60,000 nucleotides of DNA, taken from contig OZ076409.1 of NCBI GenBank assembly GCA_964187785.1, forward strand, positions 59,708,001 to 59,768,000. The letters run 5' to 3'. Numbering within the stretch: position 1 is the stretch's first letter; each line of letters starts with the position of its first letter. This DNA is from Amphiscolops sp. MND2022. Lineage: Eukaryota. The notes below the pieces were generated by a model that saw only the letters and a list, made by a program, of their open reading frames with translations, was not told the origin of the DNA and ran no database searches. The position numbers were made by a program, and so were the translations under genes. This document shows, piece after piece, positions 15,301 to 30,300 of this stretch.

Positions 15301-18300
15301 TTTTCTCAAAAAAATAATATATTGTTTGATTCAATTTCAGCAATAAATATACTGTATTTATTGTCCTGCAATATTTTAGAAAAACAATAGATTGTGAAAT
15401 ATTTTATTGGGCAGAGAAACAATCATTTACAAGGCAAACATCCCAATGTTGTTTATTTGTATAAAGAAAGACTACTTTCTCGAAATTAGCGAACAGCTTA
15501 GTGAACTTCTCCCTCGATAGTCTTCACTTCTAGTCCGTTTAAAATGAATGATAAATGAAATTTTATTTGTATTTTGCAATATTTTTTTGCGCAATATATT
15601 GTAGAGCTCTGACAAATATTTGCCTTATTTCAATAAATATATTGTATTTTTGCTCCAACTAAATAAATATATTAATTGTATTCAATTGCAATACATTGCA
15701 ATACAATATAAATTTTTACACCTCTGCTTTTGACCAGATGTGCTTCCGAGGCTAATCGTCTGTCTAAGATATATCGTAGTATACTATCCATGTGATGTTT
15801 TGTTCGAGTAAACAACTTGTTTTTAAAACTTGGTGTAGCAATTATGAGAGCAATGATATCGAAAATTTGGCTCACTTAGGTTCCTGGTCCAGTTTTCTGT
15901 ACAGACTGTCGAAGCCGGAGGCGATATGCACTGGAATGGGTTCTGAGAGTCGGGTCCGCCTTTTCGCTTTTGTTCTCATTTCTAAACAAAAAACCACAAA
16001 AATATCTCCATCAAACATTCTTTGATTTGAATGATTAGTTCAAGACTATTTCGTTCCAAAAAAGGTTTAAATTTCATTCAAAAACTTAAAGTCTGTGAAC
16101 GAAAATCTCTGGTTTTGTTGGTGACCAAATTGAAGTTGCTTTCCGTTGCGGTTTTTCAAATAAAATTCAAAAAATTGATGAATAAGCAAGTAAATACAGA
16201 AACTTAAGCAAAATATATACTTCTGACGCTGATTTGACATGGGAACTTATACGAGAAAATAAAAAGAAATTTCAGGAAATACTTTTTTTCTGAAATTTGC
16301 GTTTTTTACTTTGCGGATCAATTTTCTCATTGATGCTAACGTAGTGAGCATGTATCTATAGTGCGTGTAAAAAAATTGGAAACAGCAAATCAACAAATGT
16401 AACCTTGAATTTCTTCGTTATCTTTGGCTTGCAGAGTGAGAATCTCTTTCACCCAAGCTTCTTTTTTGTAGAACGATTTAGCCTGGAAATAAACAAAACT
16501 TTGTCTCATGAGTCAAGAGGCCGAAGAAAGGTTATAGGTTGGGTTTTGAGGTGCTTGCCTGGATGATTGAGAAGTTCGTGGTGACTTCTCGTCTGCCCAT
16601 GTACAACTCGAATCTGCGTTTATCGTCTGTATCTTTGAAGTTGATACCAACTCCAGCAACCTGAAAGAAACGCTATCAATTCCCCACTGGAATCCCAGAC
16701 ATTTTTTGCGAGTCTCTTACAGAAATCCAAAATAGCCAGTTTCTGCATGAATCTTGCAAGTGCCCTACAACCCAGACAAAGCTTGTCAGTTTCTTACAGA
16801 TCAAATAATTCTTGCAATACCGCATGTTTGTTGTAAAGCTCTTGGAAGGATCTTGGAAGAAAATAGATTTTGCAGAGATCATGGTAGGATCTTAAGAACG
16901 GTAGCTATTGAATTACCATCATTCTTAACAAGAGTTCCACATCTTTGAATCCTGGGTATCTGAAAGGAAATTTGAAAAATTCTTGCTCTCAAAAGGTTTT
17001 GACTCTCACAAAGTTTCTGTTCCAGCTTTAATATACATTTTGGAATGAACATTGACAGGATTTTACAAAGTTTGAGAAATTGCATTTTCTCCATTTATCT
17101 TCTAGTCTGATTTTTCTTTCATAAAATGTTGAATTTTTCTGGGAGTACAATTTTTTCAAATTCAAAAATTGTGAATCGGAAGAACTGAATTTCGTTTTTT
17201 TTTTCTCTGTGGCAGGATATAATTTTTTGAATTACAGAAAAAAGTTAATCAAGTAATCCATACTTGCATATGTTTTTTGTAGCAGTACACAGGGGACGAC
17301 TGCGGCTTTTCTTGTTTCTTTTTCGTGAACAGAATCATGTGTCTGAACAGAAACAGGGTCCTCTCTTTTCCTTGGGTGCGTGGCTTGCTCTCCCACACTG
17401 TGACGTCATCAATCATGATCAAGGCTCCCACTTTTTCCAGACCGAACTGGAATAAACAACAAACAATGGTTCAGAGTTGAAGTGACGAAAATGACTGACA
17501 CAACTGACTCAAAAAACTCAATGTTTGAATCTAACAAGACGCCCGCTGAGCAGCGAGATATTTTCCGCCCCGAACTGTTCTACAACTACATAAATTTGAG
17601 GCTCAAGAATAACTAATGCACTATAAAAACGCTAAGAAGTTCGAAGAAAAGAAAGCTTCGATTCATCTTTGCCCAATTTTGAAGGAAACACGTTTATTTT
17701 AGTATTTCTGCAATAATTGGCCAGTTTTCGTATTTTCGGCACTATGCGACTTAGCGAGTGAAATTTTTCATTTTTTTCGGAAACAATTTTCGAAAAATAA
17801 TATATTTTTTGCAATTTTTAGTTTTTGAGGATTTCTGTGAAGGAAATAAGTTTCCCGAGTCTTAGGGGTGACCTCTTTGTTACGTTTAATCATGTGGAAC
17901 TGATGAGGTTTCTTATTGACTGTTGAAAATCAATCTCTTGCTGAAATTTCCATTTGGTCGAAGCGTACCCCCTTGATTTTATAGCTGATTTCGGCATTAA
18001 AAAAGGTAGTTTGTGAGCTGAAACTTGTTCCGCCTTCATAGGATTTTACCGAAAAAAAATCAAAAATAAAGCGTTCTGAAAATCCTGTTGGGAAAAAAGT
18101 GGTTTCCGAGTATCAGGAGTATTTATTGGGATTATTTTTGGCACTGAGAAAATGGTATAAGCTTGAGACTGGGTAGTCATTTGCAAGTTTAAGAAACTTG
18201 AGCTTTCCCAGGTTGATATATTTTTGCACATAGTTCCACCAAAAAAGTCAAAAAAAGGAAATATTTCCGACAACTTCGGGATCAATTTAAGGAACTTTTC

Positions 18301-21300
18301 TAACATGAATCTACAGATGTCTCTTCACAAATAGCCCTACTGGACACCGAGTTTATTTGTTTTTTAATGCTTACACCCTTCTAACCCACGATATAGCTTG
18401 AAAAATTTTCCTTTGGGAGGTGTTCTCTATATGTAGTGTTTTTGCTTGAAGCTTATTCAAAAATTAAATACTTCACAAATATGGTCGAAGTGTTTTCAAG
18501 TATAGTTTTCAAGTATGGTTTTCAAGTATAGTTTTTGAAAGTTGAGCGAATAAACTTGTCTGATATTTTTTTGAAACACTACCGGTAGCTAAACGTTTCA
18601 ATCCTGATCCCAAGAGTTTTCTGATTGAAGTAAGATTTCGGAAAGTGTCTAAAATTGGGACTATGTTGTCGAAAATTGAGGAAAATTGGAACTTTTGACA
18701 CTTTTGTTGTAAATTCGACTAACTTCATTCTACGTTTTCCCCAAATTGCGTTGTAAATACCCTTTTGTTTCAACGCTCGGGTCAATGGAAGTTCTATTCT
18801 ACAAAAAAGTTCATGGTTTGAACAAAAAATAAGAATACTTTGTCAAAAAACGTGCCTTTTTGTTGTTGAATGGACTTTGGGGTGCTTTGAGACCAATTCC
18901 AACCAAAAATTGCAAATATATCTTCAAAATAGCCTACTGGATACCAAGATTAGTCCTTGTTGACATTGTTGAATTCTTAAAAACTTTTTTAAGCAGCTCA
19001 ATAATTGTACAAAAACTGCCTAAATTTGTAAAAACATGAAAATTCTCTTTTTGCACCATTTGGGTCTTTCTGAGGAAACTCTCTGGCACAACAGATGGAA
19101 ATTTCTCTTTAAAAAGGGTGCTGTGGATCTAACTTTATCAACTAGAGGTCTGCGAAGCTTTTATTTTACATTTTTCCAATCTCAACAAAGTTCACTGAAA
19201 CTCGGAAATCAGCAAAACTCTGACTTTTCGACTTTTTGCGGACAGTTTTAGCCATTTTTCAACCGAAGTCTGCAATTATTTCTCTAAAGGCCGACTGAAT
19301 TAAGCGTTCATTCTTTGTTGAACGTTTGCCATCGTTCTGAATCCAAAACGCTTCAAAATGTAGACATAGGCTGCTTAAAAACGAGGATGTTGAAAGCAAA
19401 AAAGTGTTGGTGTTTTTGAAGCAAAACGCTGCAACGTTCTCTTCAAAAAATGTATTGCATAACTCGTTCTTTCGTTGTTAATCGTTTGGAACTATTAACG
19501 AAGACTTTCGGGAATTGTACGGAAATTGCATCAAAAACGACAAAAACTTCGAATTTTTCATCTATTTCAAGGTCAATTTTAAGCATTTTTGATTCAGAAA
19601 TTGATCTTATCTGTTGTCGAAAGCTTACAGAGACCACATTTTTTTCATTGATTAGGGGTTTTAACATTCTAGTTCACAAAGTCTGTCGATAGTGTGGCAA
19701 TACTTGAACACAGATGATGAAAATAGAAAAATTTTGAGATTTTTCCTTTTTCGATGTCAACTCCAGACATTTTTCATTTGAAAAACTGCATTTATTGTTC
19801 CACTAAGCATACAGGACAACATTTGTTCCTTGTTGACCCTTTCTAACATTCCAATCTCCGGAGTTTGTTGAAAATTTTAAAGAAAAACTGCATAAAACTT
19901 TGAAAATTGTAAAAGAGATTTTTGTCAATTTCGGTGTCAAACTGAGACATTTTCAATCGAAAAACTGAAAGTATCTCATCCTTAAAGACTACAGGATAAC
20001 AAACTGCTCCCTTGATGAACGTTTTCAACATTCCAATCTACGGAGACTGCCGAAATTGTGACAGAAATTGCGCAGAAACATTGAAAATTGGAAAATTTTG
20101 GTTTTGTCGTTATTGGTGCCAACTTGAGACTTTTTTCATCTAGAAAACTGCATTAAAATCTTCGGAAAAGCCTTTTGGACCAATACTGTTCCTTGCTTAC
20201 GCTTCTCAACATTCTAATCTACGAAGTCTGTCAAAAATTGGACAAAAATTGCATAAAAATTACGAAAAAAAAGAAAGTTTTGGGTTTTTTGTTATTTTCG
20301 GTGTCATTTTGAGACCTTTTTCATTTAGAAAGTAGCAATTGTCTCTTCGGAAAAGCCCACTGGACAACTCATTTTGACCGTTTTCAACATTCTAATCAAC
20401 GAAGTTTATCCAAAATTCAACAAAAATTGCATAAAACGTTAAAAGTCGGGAACTTTTGGAATTTTGGTCATTCATTGGGTCAATTTTCTTTCACAAAACC
20501 GCATTTATCTCTTGATAGAAAACGATTGGACAACAACATCGTGCCTTGTTTAACGTTTTCAACATTTTAGTTCACGATGTCTATCAAAAAATTGACAATA
20601 AATGCATGAAAACGGTAAAAATTGAGAAATTTTGGATTTTTTTTCTGTGCCAATTTGAGATCTTTTTCATTTTGAAAACTGCAATAAATTGTTCAGAAAA
20701 GCCTAATGGACTAATACTTTTTCCTTGTTGACGCTTTTCAACATTCAAATCTACGAAGTCTGTCGAAAATTTGACAAAAAATGCATTAAAAAATTCGAAA
20801 AATGGAAACTTTTGCTTTTTTGTTGTTTTCGGTATCAATTTGAGACCTTTTTCATTTGGAAAAAAGCAATTATCTTTTCTGAAAAGCCTACTGAACAGCA
20901 AATGCGTGCCATGTTGAGCGTTCTCAGCACTATAATTAACGAAGTATGTCAAAAATTTGACGAAAATTGCTTAAAATTGTTAAAATTCGGGAAATTTTGG
21001 AATTTTTGTAATTTTTGGGGTCATATTTCTGTTACAAAACCGCATTTATCTCTTCATAGAAAACTATTGGAGAATGGATTCGTGCCTTGTTGAACGTTTT
21101 CAACATTCTAATTCGCGGTGTCTATCAAAAAATTACAAAAATTGCATAAAAACTTTAAAAATTGAGAAATTTGCGAATTTTTGTCATTTTCGGGGTCATT
21201 TTGTCATTAAGGGGTCATTTTCGTCATTTTTAAAAAAACTCCAAAAATCTCTACAAATACGTATCGCCGGAAGCTAAATTTATGTGAGTTGAATTCTATG

Positions 21301-24300
21301 GGTAACACCCTTTAAGTTAAATGTAAATAAAATCGTGGCAAATTTTGTAAAAAAAACACGTTTGATTTAAATATTTTCCTTTCCCATATATGAAATATGG
21401 GCGGAAAATAATAATTTTTCAGCTTGTGTCGAAATATCGAAAAGTAAACGTGGATGTCAGATTTTTGATTGAGATTCCGAAGAGATAAATAAAAAGATCG
21501 AAATTTTTAAGGGTTAAACTCTATAAATCCTTAGAAGTGTTCTGGTGCCCTTTTTTGCGTCACAGGTTCTATCTAATTCTGAGGATGATACCCAAGTACT
21601 TTTCAACCAATTAGAGAACCGTTATTTAGTATTCGTTTTGGCTGTCAAATGTTCAAGGACATACAAGCTCTTAGATCAAAAGCTGACATTGTTAGTGACT
21701 GAAACGAACTTAAAACAAAACGGGAACGTCGGAAATTGGCGGTCATTTTTTAGACTGTTTGTATGTCTTTCAAAAACTTCTCGCGGGAGGAACGAAAAAC
21801 TAATTGATGACAGAGAACTGTATAATTAAATATCAGCCATAACTATATTGTATGGTTTGGCCCACTTCCTTCTCTTCGAAACAAGCCGCTAGGCTGATAG
21901 TGGCACGTCGCTCTGCTTCGCTGCTGCATTTAGCGCACTAGAAGTTATCGTAATTGGAACGACGTCTTGTAGCCCGCACATTCATCAAATCCATTTTTTT
22001 CTGTTTCGAACTTCAGCCAATGAGAAGACTTCAGAAAATTTTTTAGCGCGATAGTGTATAAGGTTTTGGTGCTTTGAATGTTCGACATGATGATAATCTA
22101 CTGTGATGAACGGAGGAAATTGTTTTCAGGAAGAAATCAGTTTCAACTTACTGGACAATCGACTATGCTGTCAATTTGCATCAGGTTATTAGCTTTGGCG
22201 GGTACTTCAATCATGACACTGAGAGCTTTCTCAACCGCACTGGTGTCCCGTTTCAACTTGCTCGAATATTTCAAGATCTCCTTCAAGATCAGATGGTACT
22301 TAGTGATCCTTTGCACGGGTTTGATCAGATATGTGCCCATATCCATCTTCACATTCTGCTTTCTCAAGAATTCCTGAAACAGTTGCGAACAAAGTGCAAA
22401 AAAGTCGCAATAAGCTCAAAGTCTGACATCTGGAGCAACTTGGAACAACAATTGATGATCTGGGCAAGTTATCTAAAATTTTGCCAACATAATCAAGATG
22501 CCAGACGCTTGCAGGATTTGTTCATGGTGGAATCTCAAATTCTGTTTCACGTTTTGCTGTATTATACAGCTTTTTATGTTTGTTAGATGAAGAAATAGAA
22601 GGTATTACGAGAACAAACTGTTTACCAAGTAAAACTGCTTGTATGAAGGTTTTTGAAAAAAATACAGGAATGAGTTTCGTCTAGTTTAAGCGTGAATAAT
22701 GTAGAAAACATTGAATAAATGCTTCAATTTTGTTCTGTAGACGATTTTGATTTTAACTTTCCCTAATGTTACACAATTTTCAGATCTTGAGGTTTTTTCT
22801 CACGAATTACCGGCTGGAGCAAAAAAATCAAAGTTTACAAAACCTGGTTAAAATTTTTAAAAGCAGAAGCTTTGATCAACCTTTGGAAAATAAAATCAAT
22901 TTTACTAACATCGAAGAAGTGTTTGATTGAGGGTGTGGATAAAAACCTCTGAGCTGTTTCTTTGTGTTGACAATACTCCACGTACATTTCAAATGAGTCT
23001 TGCTGAAAAAAAAAGAAATCCAAAATTTCAAAAAAGCGAGGTAACTCATCGCGTGTCTTCATAATTGAACAGCAAGTATAAAGTTTTGTTGAAACATTGA
23101 AAACCTACCCAAGTCAAGAAACAATTTCCCACTTCTTCCGGTTGGGCTTCTTTGTACTTCTTCAGTTCTGGTAGAAAGTTCCTGGAAAAAAGTCTGATTG
23201 GTAGTCACTATTGCAACAGTTAACAGCAGTTTTGTAAAAAGTTTTAACCAAACAAATTGACGAAAATTTTCTTTAAAAACATTTTAGCTGAAGTTTCACC
23301 TTGATGAACAAAAACTGGAAGTATTTACTTGTGAAGATATTATATGACCACTGTAACCCTTGCATACGCCTTGATAATAAATGGAAAGCACCGTTCTGTT
23401 TTCTCAGAATAATTTAGTGAGAAAATTCGATGCTAAAAACTGTTTACTAACAAATGATTAAAATTGAATATCTTTTCGATGTTGACAAACAACTTCTCTT
23501 TGGAGCCTCTTTCTCTCAATTGAATGGGGGCTAAGTAGGAATTGATCGCTGGAATGCACTTCTCAACCACAAATTTCAAATCATCCACATAGGCTTCTTC
23601 AGTGCAGAGCAGCTCTTGAACTGCAAGCCTGAAATACAAACTTTTTCGAAATCTTGAAATCAGCAGAAGTAGGTTTACTTACCTAGTTCTGCAAGGTGAA
23701 CGCCCATTAAGTTTTTTTAAGTCGTGCTTTTTTAAGCCGGTGCCCTTTTTGAATATTATTTCCAAATAGTGAGCAATGGTGCCATAAATATCCGACAGGG
23801 GGACCAGGGCTTTTATTTTAACTGGAAGAATAAAAAACCATAGGGAACTTTGGTAATTAAAATTTTTGGTGTTACCGATTTGTAAATCAGGTAAAAGAGT
23901 GAATTAAACAAAAAAAGGATCATGTAGCCACTTTGGCTACTCTTTACATCTTATACTAAAAGACTGTAAAAACAAGGACATATACATTCCGCGATCTGAC
24001 TAAAAAACTAGTCCTTGTAATGATCGAGCACATTTCTTACATGATGCGCCGACTAAATAGCATACATGGAACTAATGAAAAGTATTTAAAGAAAGACGTT
24101 ACTTGAGTTTGCTCTCAGCGGTTTCATCGGCAGCAGGCGTGAGGTTACTACTCGAATTGGCGGTTGCCCTCTTGACCATAGGTTGACCTCCCGAGGTCAC
24201 GCCCCCTGCCCCCACGTTCGAGTGCTGTTTCTTCAGGGTGAACTGGGCAGCCTCCGAACTCTCGGAGTCGAAGTTCCAAGATCCAGGTCTTTTTAGTTCC

Positions 24301-27300
24301 AGGGTATCGAGCAGTTTTTCAAGAAAACTCGAGGGAACCCAACCCTGGAATATGATGTATTATACTTTAGATGAATGAAACTATAAGTATTTGAATGAAT
24401 TTTGTAGGTTTTGGGCAGCTTTCAAGTGCGGAATGAAGATAACAGTAGGACCAATAACGTCAAAAATCGTTTCAGTTTGTAAATTAAGTGAGATTATAAG
24501 CTAAGCTAATTAGCTCACTCTATAGAGTCGAAAGAAAGGAAAATGGAATTTTCAGGCAAATGTTGGTTCGGAAGTACTTACATGCCATGCTTAACATTGC
24601 TGTATTTTATCGAGTAATCTGATTGCGTTTCGAGTTTGAGTAGACTATGAAGGCTCAAAAACTTCTAGAGCTTGATAGCTATTGAGATAACTGAACACGG
24701 CAAAATGGCATTAACCATTAACCATTAATAAGCTCCTAACTAATTTGAGTTGAGCAATAAAAGAGATTGAAGTTACTCAAACTATAGAATTGAAAAGTAG
24801 GAAAATTCAGTCCGAACAGGAAAACTGCTACCGTTTCGGCAACCATTCTTTTAATATATTCTTCAAACATCTGATATGACAATAATAGTCTTGACGTTGA
24901 ATACTTTCATGATTCGATATACTATATGCTGAATAATTAGTAACTACATTATCTGTTTTTTTTACAATTATTTATCAACAAAGTTATTAATAATTCTTGC
25001 AGTAATTGCTGCTTGACTTGGCATTAAAAATAAAGCCGTTAAAATGAAGTCTGTGCTTACAATTCGGACTGGGCTTGTTTTGGATGCTTTAGTCCGGACC
25101 ATCCATTTGTTGGCATTGGAGTTGTCCAACACTTCCACGAATTGACCTTCGCTCAGCCAGATACTGTCGTCTGTAGAGCAGTCGATGACGTCACCTTTGA
25201 CACCAGATGACACCGTGGCCCCCAATTGGGAGTGGTTGACACCTGAAGAGGTCAGACCAGAAGCCGGCTGGTAGTTTGCAATGGCGCGGTATAACTCGTA
25301 GAACTAGAGAAAAAATGAAGTTTCAGTAGGGATGGTCTATCAAAAAGTTAAACCTTAAAAAATATTAAGGTCAATGATTTTGATTTAATTAATTTACGAA
25401 CATCAAGATGCTGTCAAGGTTTGCGAAATAGAAAATATTATTACCAGATGCTATAACAAGCCGGGAACGACATAAGTCGGCGCCATATCTAAGGCTCAAA
25501 AATAGCAAAAGGACCTCAAAGTATCAAGTATTCTTTTACAGCACCCGAAAAACCCAAACGTTGGACCTAATTGACTCGCCAGACCGAACTGATGCGCTAA
25601 AAGGGGTTCCTTTTGGATTTTGTAACATCCATTGTAGCAAAACATCAAAAAATTTGAAAGAAGGACCCTTTGGGGATTTTTTTTGAAAAAAGTCTTACAA
25701 TGCTGAAAAAATTGAAAGGGGGGTACACTTTGGGAGTTTTCAACATCCATTCTGTCGCAAAACTCCAAACAAATTGAAGGGTGCTCCTTTGGGTAATTTT
25801 TTTTCGAAAAAAAGTCTCACAATGCCAAAAAAACTGAAAAGGGGACTCTTTAGTCTCGCCCGGTATTGTATGTTGCCCGGAAAAAACTTTTTTGGTTCAA
25901 TTTCTGAAAAGGCGAAAAGCAACTTGACACCATAAAATTTGAACTTTGTAGAACTATTTTGGTCAGTTCGTGTGGATTGAAAAAAAGAGTCACTATTATA
26001 GTCGCGTTTCACTTCATGAAGCTCCGACTAAAACTATTACTCTTTTTAGTCGGCGCTTCATGAAGTGAAACGCGACTATTATAGTGGCTTTTCTTTTTTT
26101 TTCAATTCACACGAACTGACCAAAATAGTTCTTAAAAGTTCTACAAAATATTATTGCATCAAATTGCACTATTTGGTCTAGCGAACTGAACCAAAAAGGT
26201 TTTTCCTGTTTTCCCGCGTAACATACCATACTGGGCGAGACCAAAGGGTCCCCCTTTCAATTTTTTTCGGCACTGTGAGACTTTTTTTCCGAAAAAAATT
26301 TTCCCCAAAGGGTCCCCGTTCAATTTTTTTTGCTTTTTGCGACAGAATGGATGCAGAATGGATGTTGGAAAATCCCAAAGGGTCCCCCTTTCAGTTTTTT
26401 TTCGGCACTGTGTGATTTTTTCCGAAAATAAAAATTTTTCCCCACTTCAATTTTTTGATGTTTTGCGACAGAATGGATGTTGAAAAACCCCAAAGGGTCC
26501 CCCTTTCAGTTTTTCGGCATTGTGAGACTTTTTTTCGGAAATTTGTGTTTTCTCCAAAGGGTCCCCCCTTCAACTGCGTCAAAAATGTTGACAATTTCGG
26601 AAGTGTCCCCCTTTTAGCGCGCCAGGGGCTCGCGCTAGCGGGCCCCGGCGCACCACTCGGTTCATATATTTTTTTGCTTTTTCGATTTTCCAGTACTGTA
26701 AATTGACACTTGGAAGTCCTTTTGCTATTTTTGAGCCTTGGACATGGCGCCGACTTGGGCCGGTCCCGGCTTGTTACAGGTTAGAATGTCTATGGATTCG
26801 AAAAGAAATAAACACATGAACAATACGTCAATGAAGCAAATGATGCCCTGGTTGAAATTGCTTCAACTTTTCACAAGTTTTTGTAGGTTACCAAGCTAAG
26901 TTTTTATGATTTTATAAAATTCTCAAGGAAACTTCCGAAATCAGAAAAATATCACTGATTCAATTTAATTTTATCAAGCTACCTATGAAATGCATCCTAA
27001 ATTTGGCGGCAATTACAAGCAACGAAAATTTGTAGATTTCTTTTCAAAGCATTTCTAATTTTGAAAGCAGCTGAGACTTAATCAGTTTTACCTCGATATA
27101 AATACAAATAAACTTCAGTCACATTATAAATTTCAAAGTAGCGTATTCAGCGTTCCATTTGACTAACGGTGATTACATGAGGTACTTACTTGAGAAATTT
27201 AAGCGTGAAAACAAAGTGATTGCGACGATGAAAAATTGGAACCGTTTTTTGTTTCAATTGAAATTGTGGAAGCTGCGTTGTAGTCCAACAAAATTTTCCA

Positions 27301-30300
27301 AGCTGGCTCCCGAATTTTTTCATGTTTTGTAAAAAATTAGCCTGCCTGTTTTCATGCATCATGTAAAAAGTTCAGGCAATCTCGACTAGTGTGTCTCATT
27401 ACGACATAAGAAAAATTCAACAGGAGAATTTGTGAAAACGTTTTATTATTCAAAAAGCTTGCAAGCGGTAGATTGTTATATAGGATTCAATTTATCAATT
27501 GTTCACTCATATACCGTGGGAAATCCTTTAAAAAAAAGAAAGTCACTTTTGAGCTGGGAATAACTGATCATCCAATCACAATAAAGAACTTATTATCCAA
27601 TTGTAATAAAGATTAAATAAAAGACCTCTCCAGAAGTGCGATCATCAGTCTCACTGCTGGCTGAATCTGTCTGGTTGTTTCTTCTTTTTCTCACTGCCTG
27701 ACTCCAGTCGAAGTCCTCTGCACCCCCCGAAGATGACACCCCCTCTTCCCCGTAAGCCCCTCCCCCTCCACCTACGTCATCACTGAGCTGCACGTCTACA
27801 AAAGGAACGCAAAGCATCATCAATCAACAGGAACAGATTACAAATATACAGCTTCTACTCTAGACGGGCTCATTCACCGAAAAATGAAGTAATAAAATTC
27901 AAATAACGTTTATAGGCGTTCAAGGAGCGTGAGGTAAACCTCTCCATACAATCAAGATTCATGTCCTCACATTTTGAGTTTTCAAATTTTTTCAAGATCT
28001 GAGAAAGAGGAATGAAAAATTTGAACAGAATTGGTTTTGTACGTGGTATAGGTTAATAAAATGTTGATGAGTTCTCTTTTGCACAGAAATAAGCATGAAT
28101 GGTATCCTGAAGCCGCGAGATAGATAAGATTTTAGTTAGCATTAGGTAGGCTTTTGATGGTTTTGGGATGATTTTCGATGGAATTGCGGAATACAGAAAA
28201 TAAGAATTATTCTAGTTTGTATCTAGATCAATGTCTCGAAAAATTTCGAGCTGAATGCTGCAATTATGTGGTCTAACACTTATGAATCTTACTGTAGTTT
28301 TGTTGCTTTCATGTTTTTTTTCCGAGAAATCTTGTTACAAAACACCTTTTTTTCAGATCAATTTCAGAGAAAATGTAGAATCATTCTAGTATGTATCTTC
28401 ATCAATGCCTCGACCAATTTTAGCTATCGGAACGGCCCGTTTCAAAGTTTTTCAGGCATTGCACATGGATTTCCATCCATGATTCATCGATGATCCATAC
28501 ATTGCCATGGCGTGAATGATGGATGGCGGGCCATGGCGTGACAACCTGGGAAAATTGTCAAAAAGTCAGTCGACGAACTTTTGAACAAAAAAGATCGTTT
28601 TGCAATAATTTCTACGGGTACAGTTTAATTTTAAAAACTTTTGATTTTCAAAACTTTAACTTTACCTGGTATTGATGATTCAGTCGAGTCTTTGCTGAGC
28701 TTGGCGATACTCTGTTGCAAAGATGACATGAGGACATTAGGTGACCCTTCAGAGGTCAAATCCTCGGTGCTCTTCAGAATGTACGCGGGTACACAGCCAA
28801 GCTGAAAAAGACTTTGACGATAATGAAGAATTTAATTAAGTTCAATCGGCGTATGAATATTGTCGCTAAATTGAGGTCTGTTGAAAATCGATTACGCAAA
28901 ATCTTACAAATATGAGCTTGATACAAAAGGTCAAACGTTTTGCAGCTATACTGCAAATTACTATACAACTCAAATTTCCGAACTTTATAAAGTTCGGAAA
29001 TTTGAGTTGTATAACTTATACGACTGTCTGTCAAAAACGTTTTACAGCTATACTGCAAATTATTGAATAATTTGCAGTATAGCTGTAAAACGTTTTTGAC
29101 AGACTTTTGGCAGAATTCAGATTTTGTTTGAAAATTAAAGTGCTGAAATTGCTACCTATTACATATATGTAATAGGAGCAATTTCAGCACTTTAATTTTC
29201 AAACAAAATCTGAATTCTGCCAAAAGTCTGTCAATGAGTCGTAAGCTGTTAAAAATTGAAATTATTTCTTATTCACTTTTCTAGCAACCTTCTTTTTTAA
29301 ATGATCTAGGGCAGAAAATAGATTTGCTTAAGCTCATTTTCTGTTCTCATTAGATCATTTTGATTCAAACAAATGTTCTCTTCAAATACTTTCTTTCACA
29401 TGATATTCAAATTTTCGAAAAAAATGTAATACCCCGGAAACTCCCGTCAAGACAGGATCGAGCTGAGAATTGTTTTAAAATGAAAACTTCTTTAGTCAAA
29501 AGCTCTTCAGACTTGGCCTAATAACTTTGGCTGCGCTTCATGAAAAAAAGCTGATTTTTATAAGTTTTTCAACCCTGTCAAAGTGACCGTGTCGTGTCCT
29601 CCTGTTCAATCCGGGTCGTTCTTTTTTTAGACATGCCCATAGGGATTTAAAGCTACTTGTTGGTATATTTTTGGCACTGTGGCAATTTTATGTTTTCAGC
29701 CCAGACGGTGACCCCTTCGATCATTCGTGGCACTGTGAGTTTTTGGAGCTTCCATGGAAGCAGTCATTTAACATTTTTGAAAGTTAGAAAAAGTTGCGAG
29801 CCTATATAGATTATTTCTAATGTGAGATTGAGAAACATACAAAAACAGTTCCTTAAAACTTTGAAGTACTTTGAGCATTACGGATTTACGCGGTTCCAGG
29901 TTTGTTTCATTAAATGTATCAGCCATATTCTTTTTATTAGTCGGCGCTTCATGAAGTGAATCGCGACTATTATAGTGACTCTTTTTTTTCAATCCACACG
30001 AACTGACTAAAATAGTTCTTGAAAGTTCTACGAAATTTTATGGTCCCAAATTGAATCATACGTAACATACCGTACCGGGAGAGACTAAAGGGTCCCCTCT
30101 TTCAGTTTTTTTGGCATTGTGAGACTTTTTTTCGAGAAACAATTTCACCAAAGGGTCCCCCTTCAATTTTTTGATGTTTTGCATCAATGGATGTTAATAA
30201 ATGCGAAAGGGCGCGCCAGTTCGGTCATTTGGGTTTTTCGTGAGTTTGTTACTCTTTTTGTGAGTTTGATATTTGAGTTTTTTGAGTCTTTCATGTCTTT

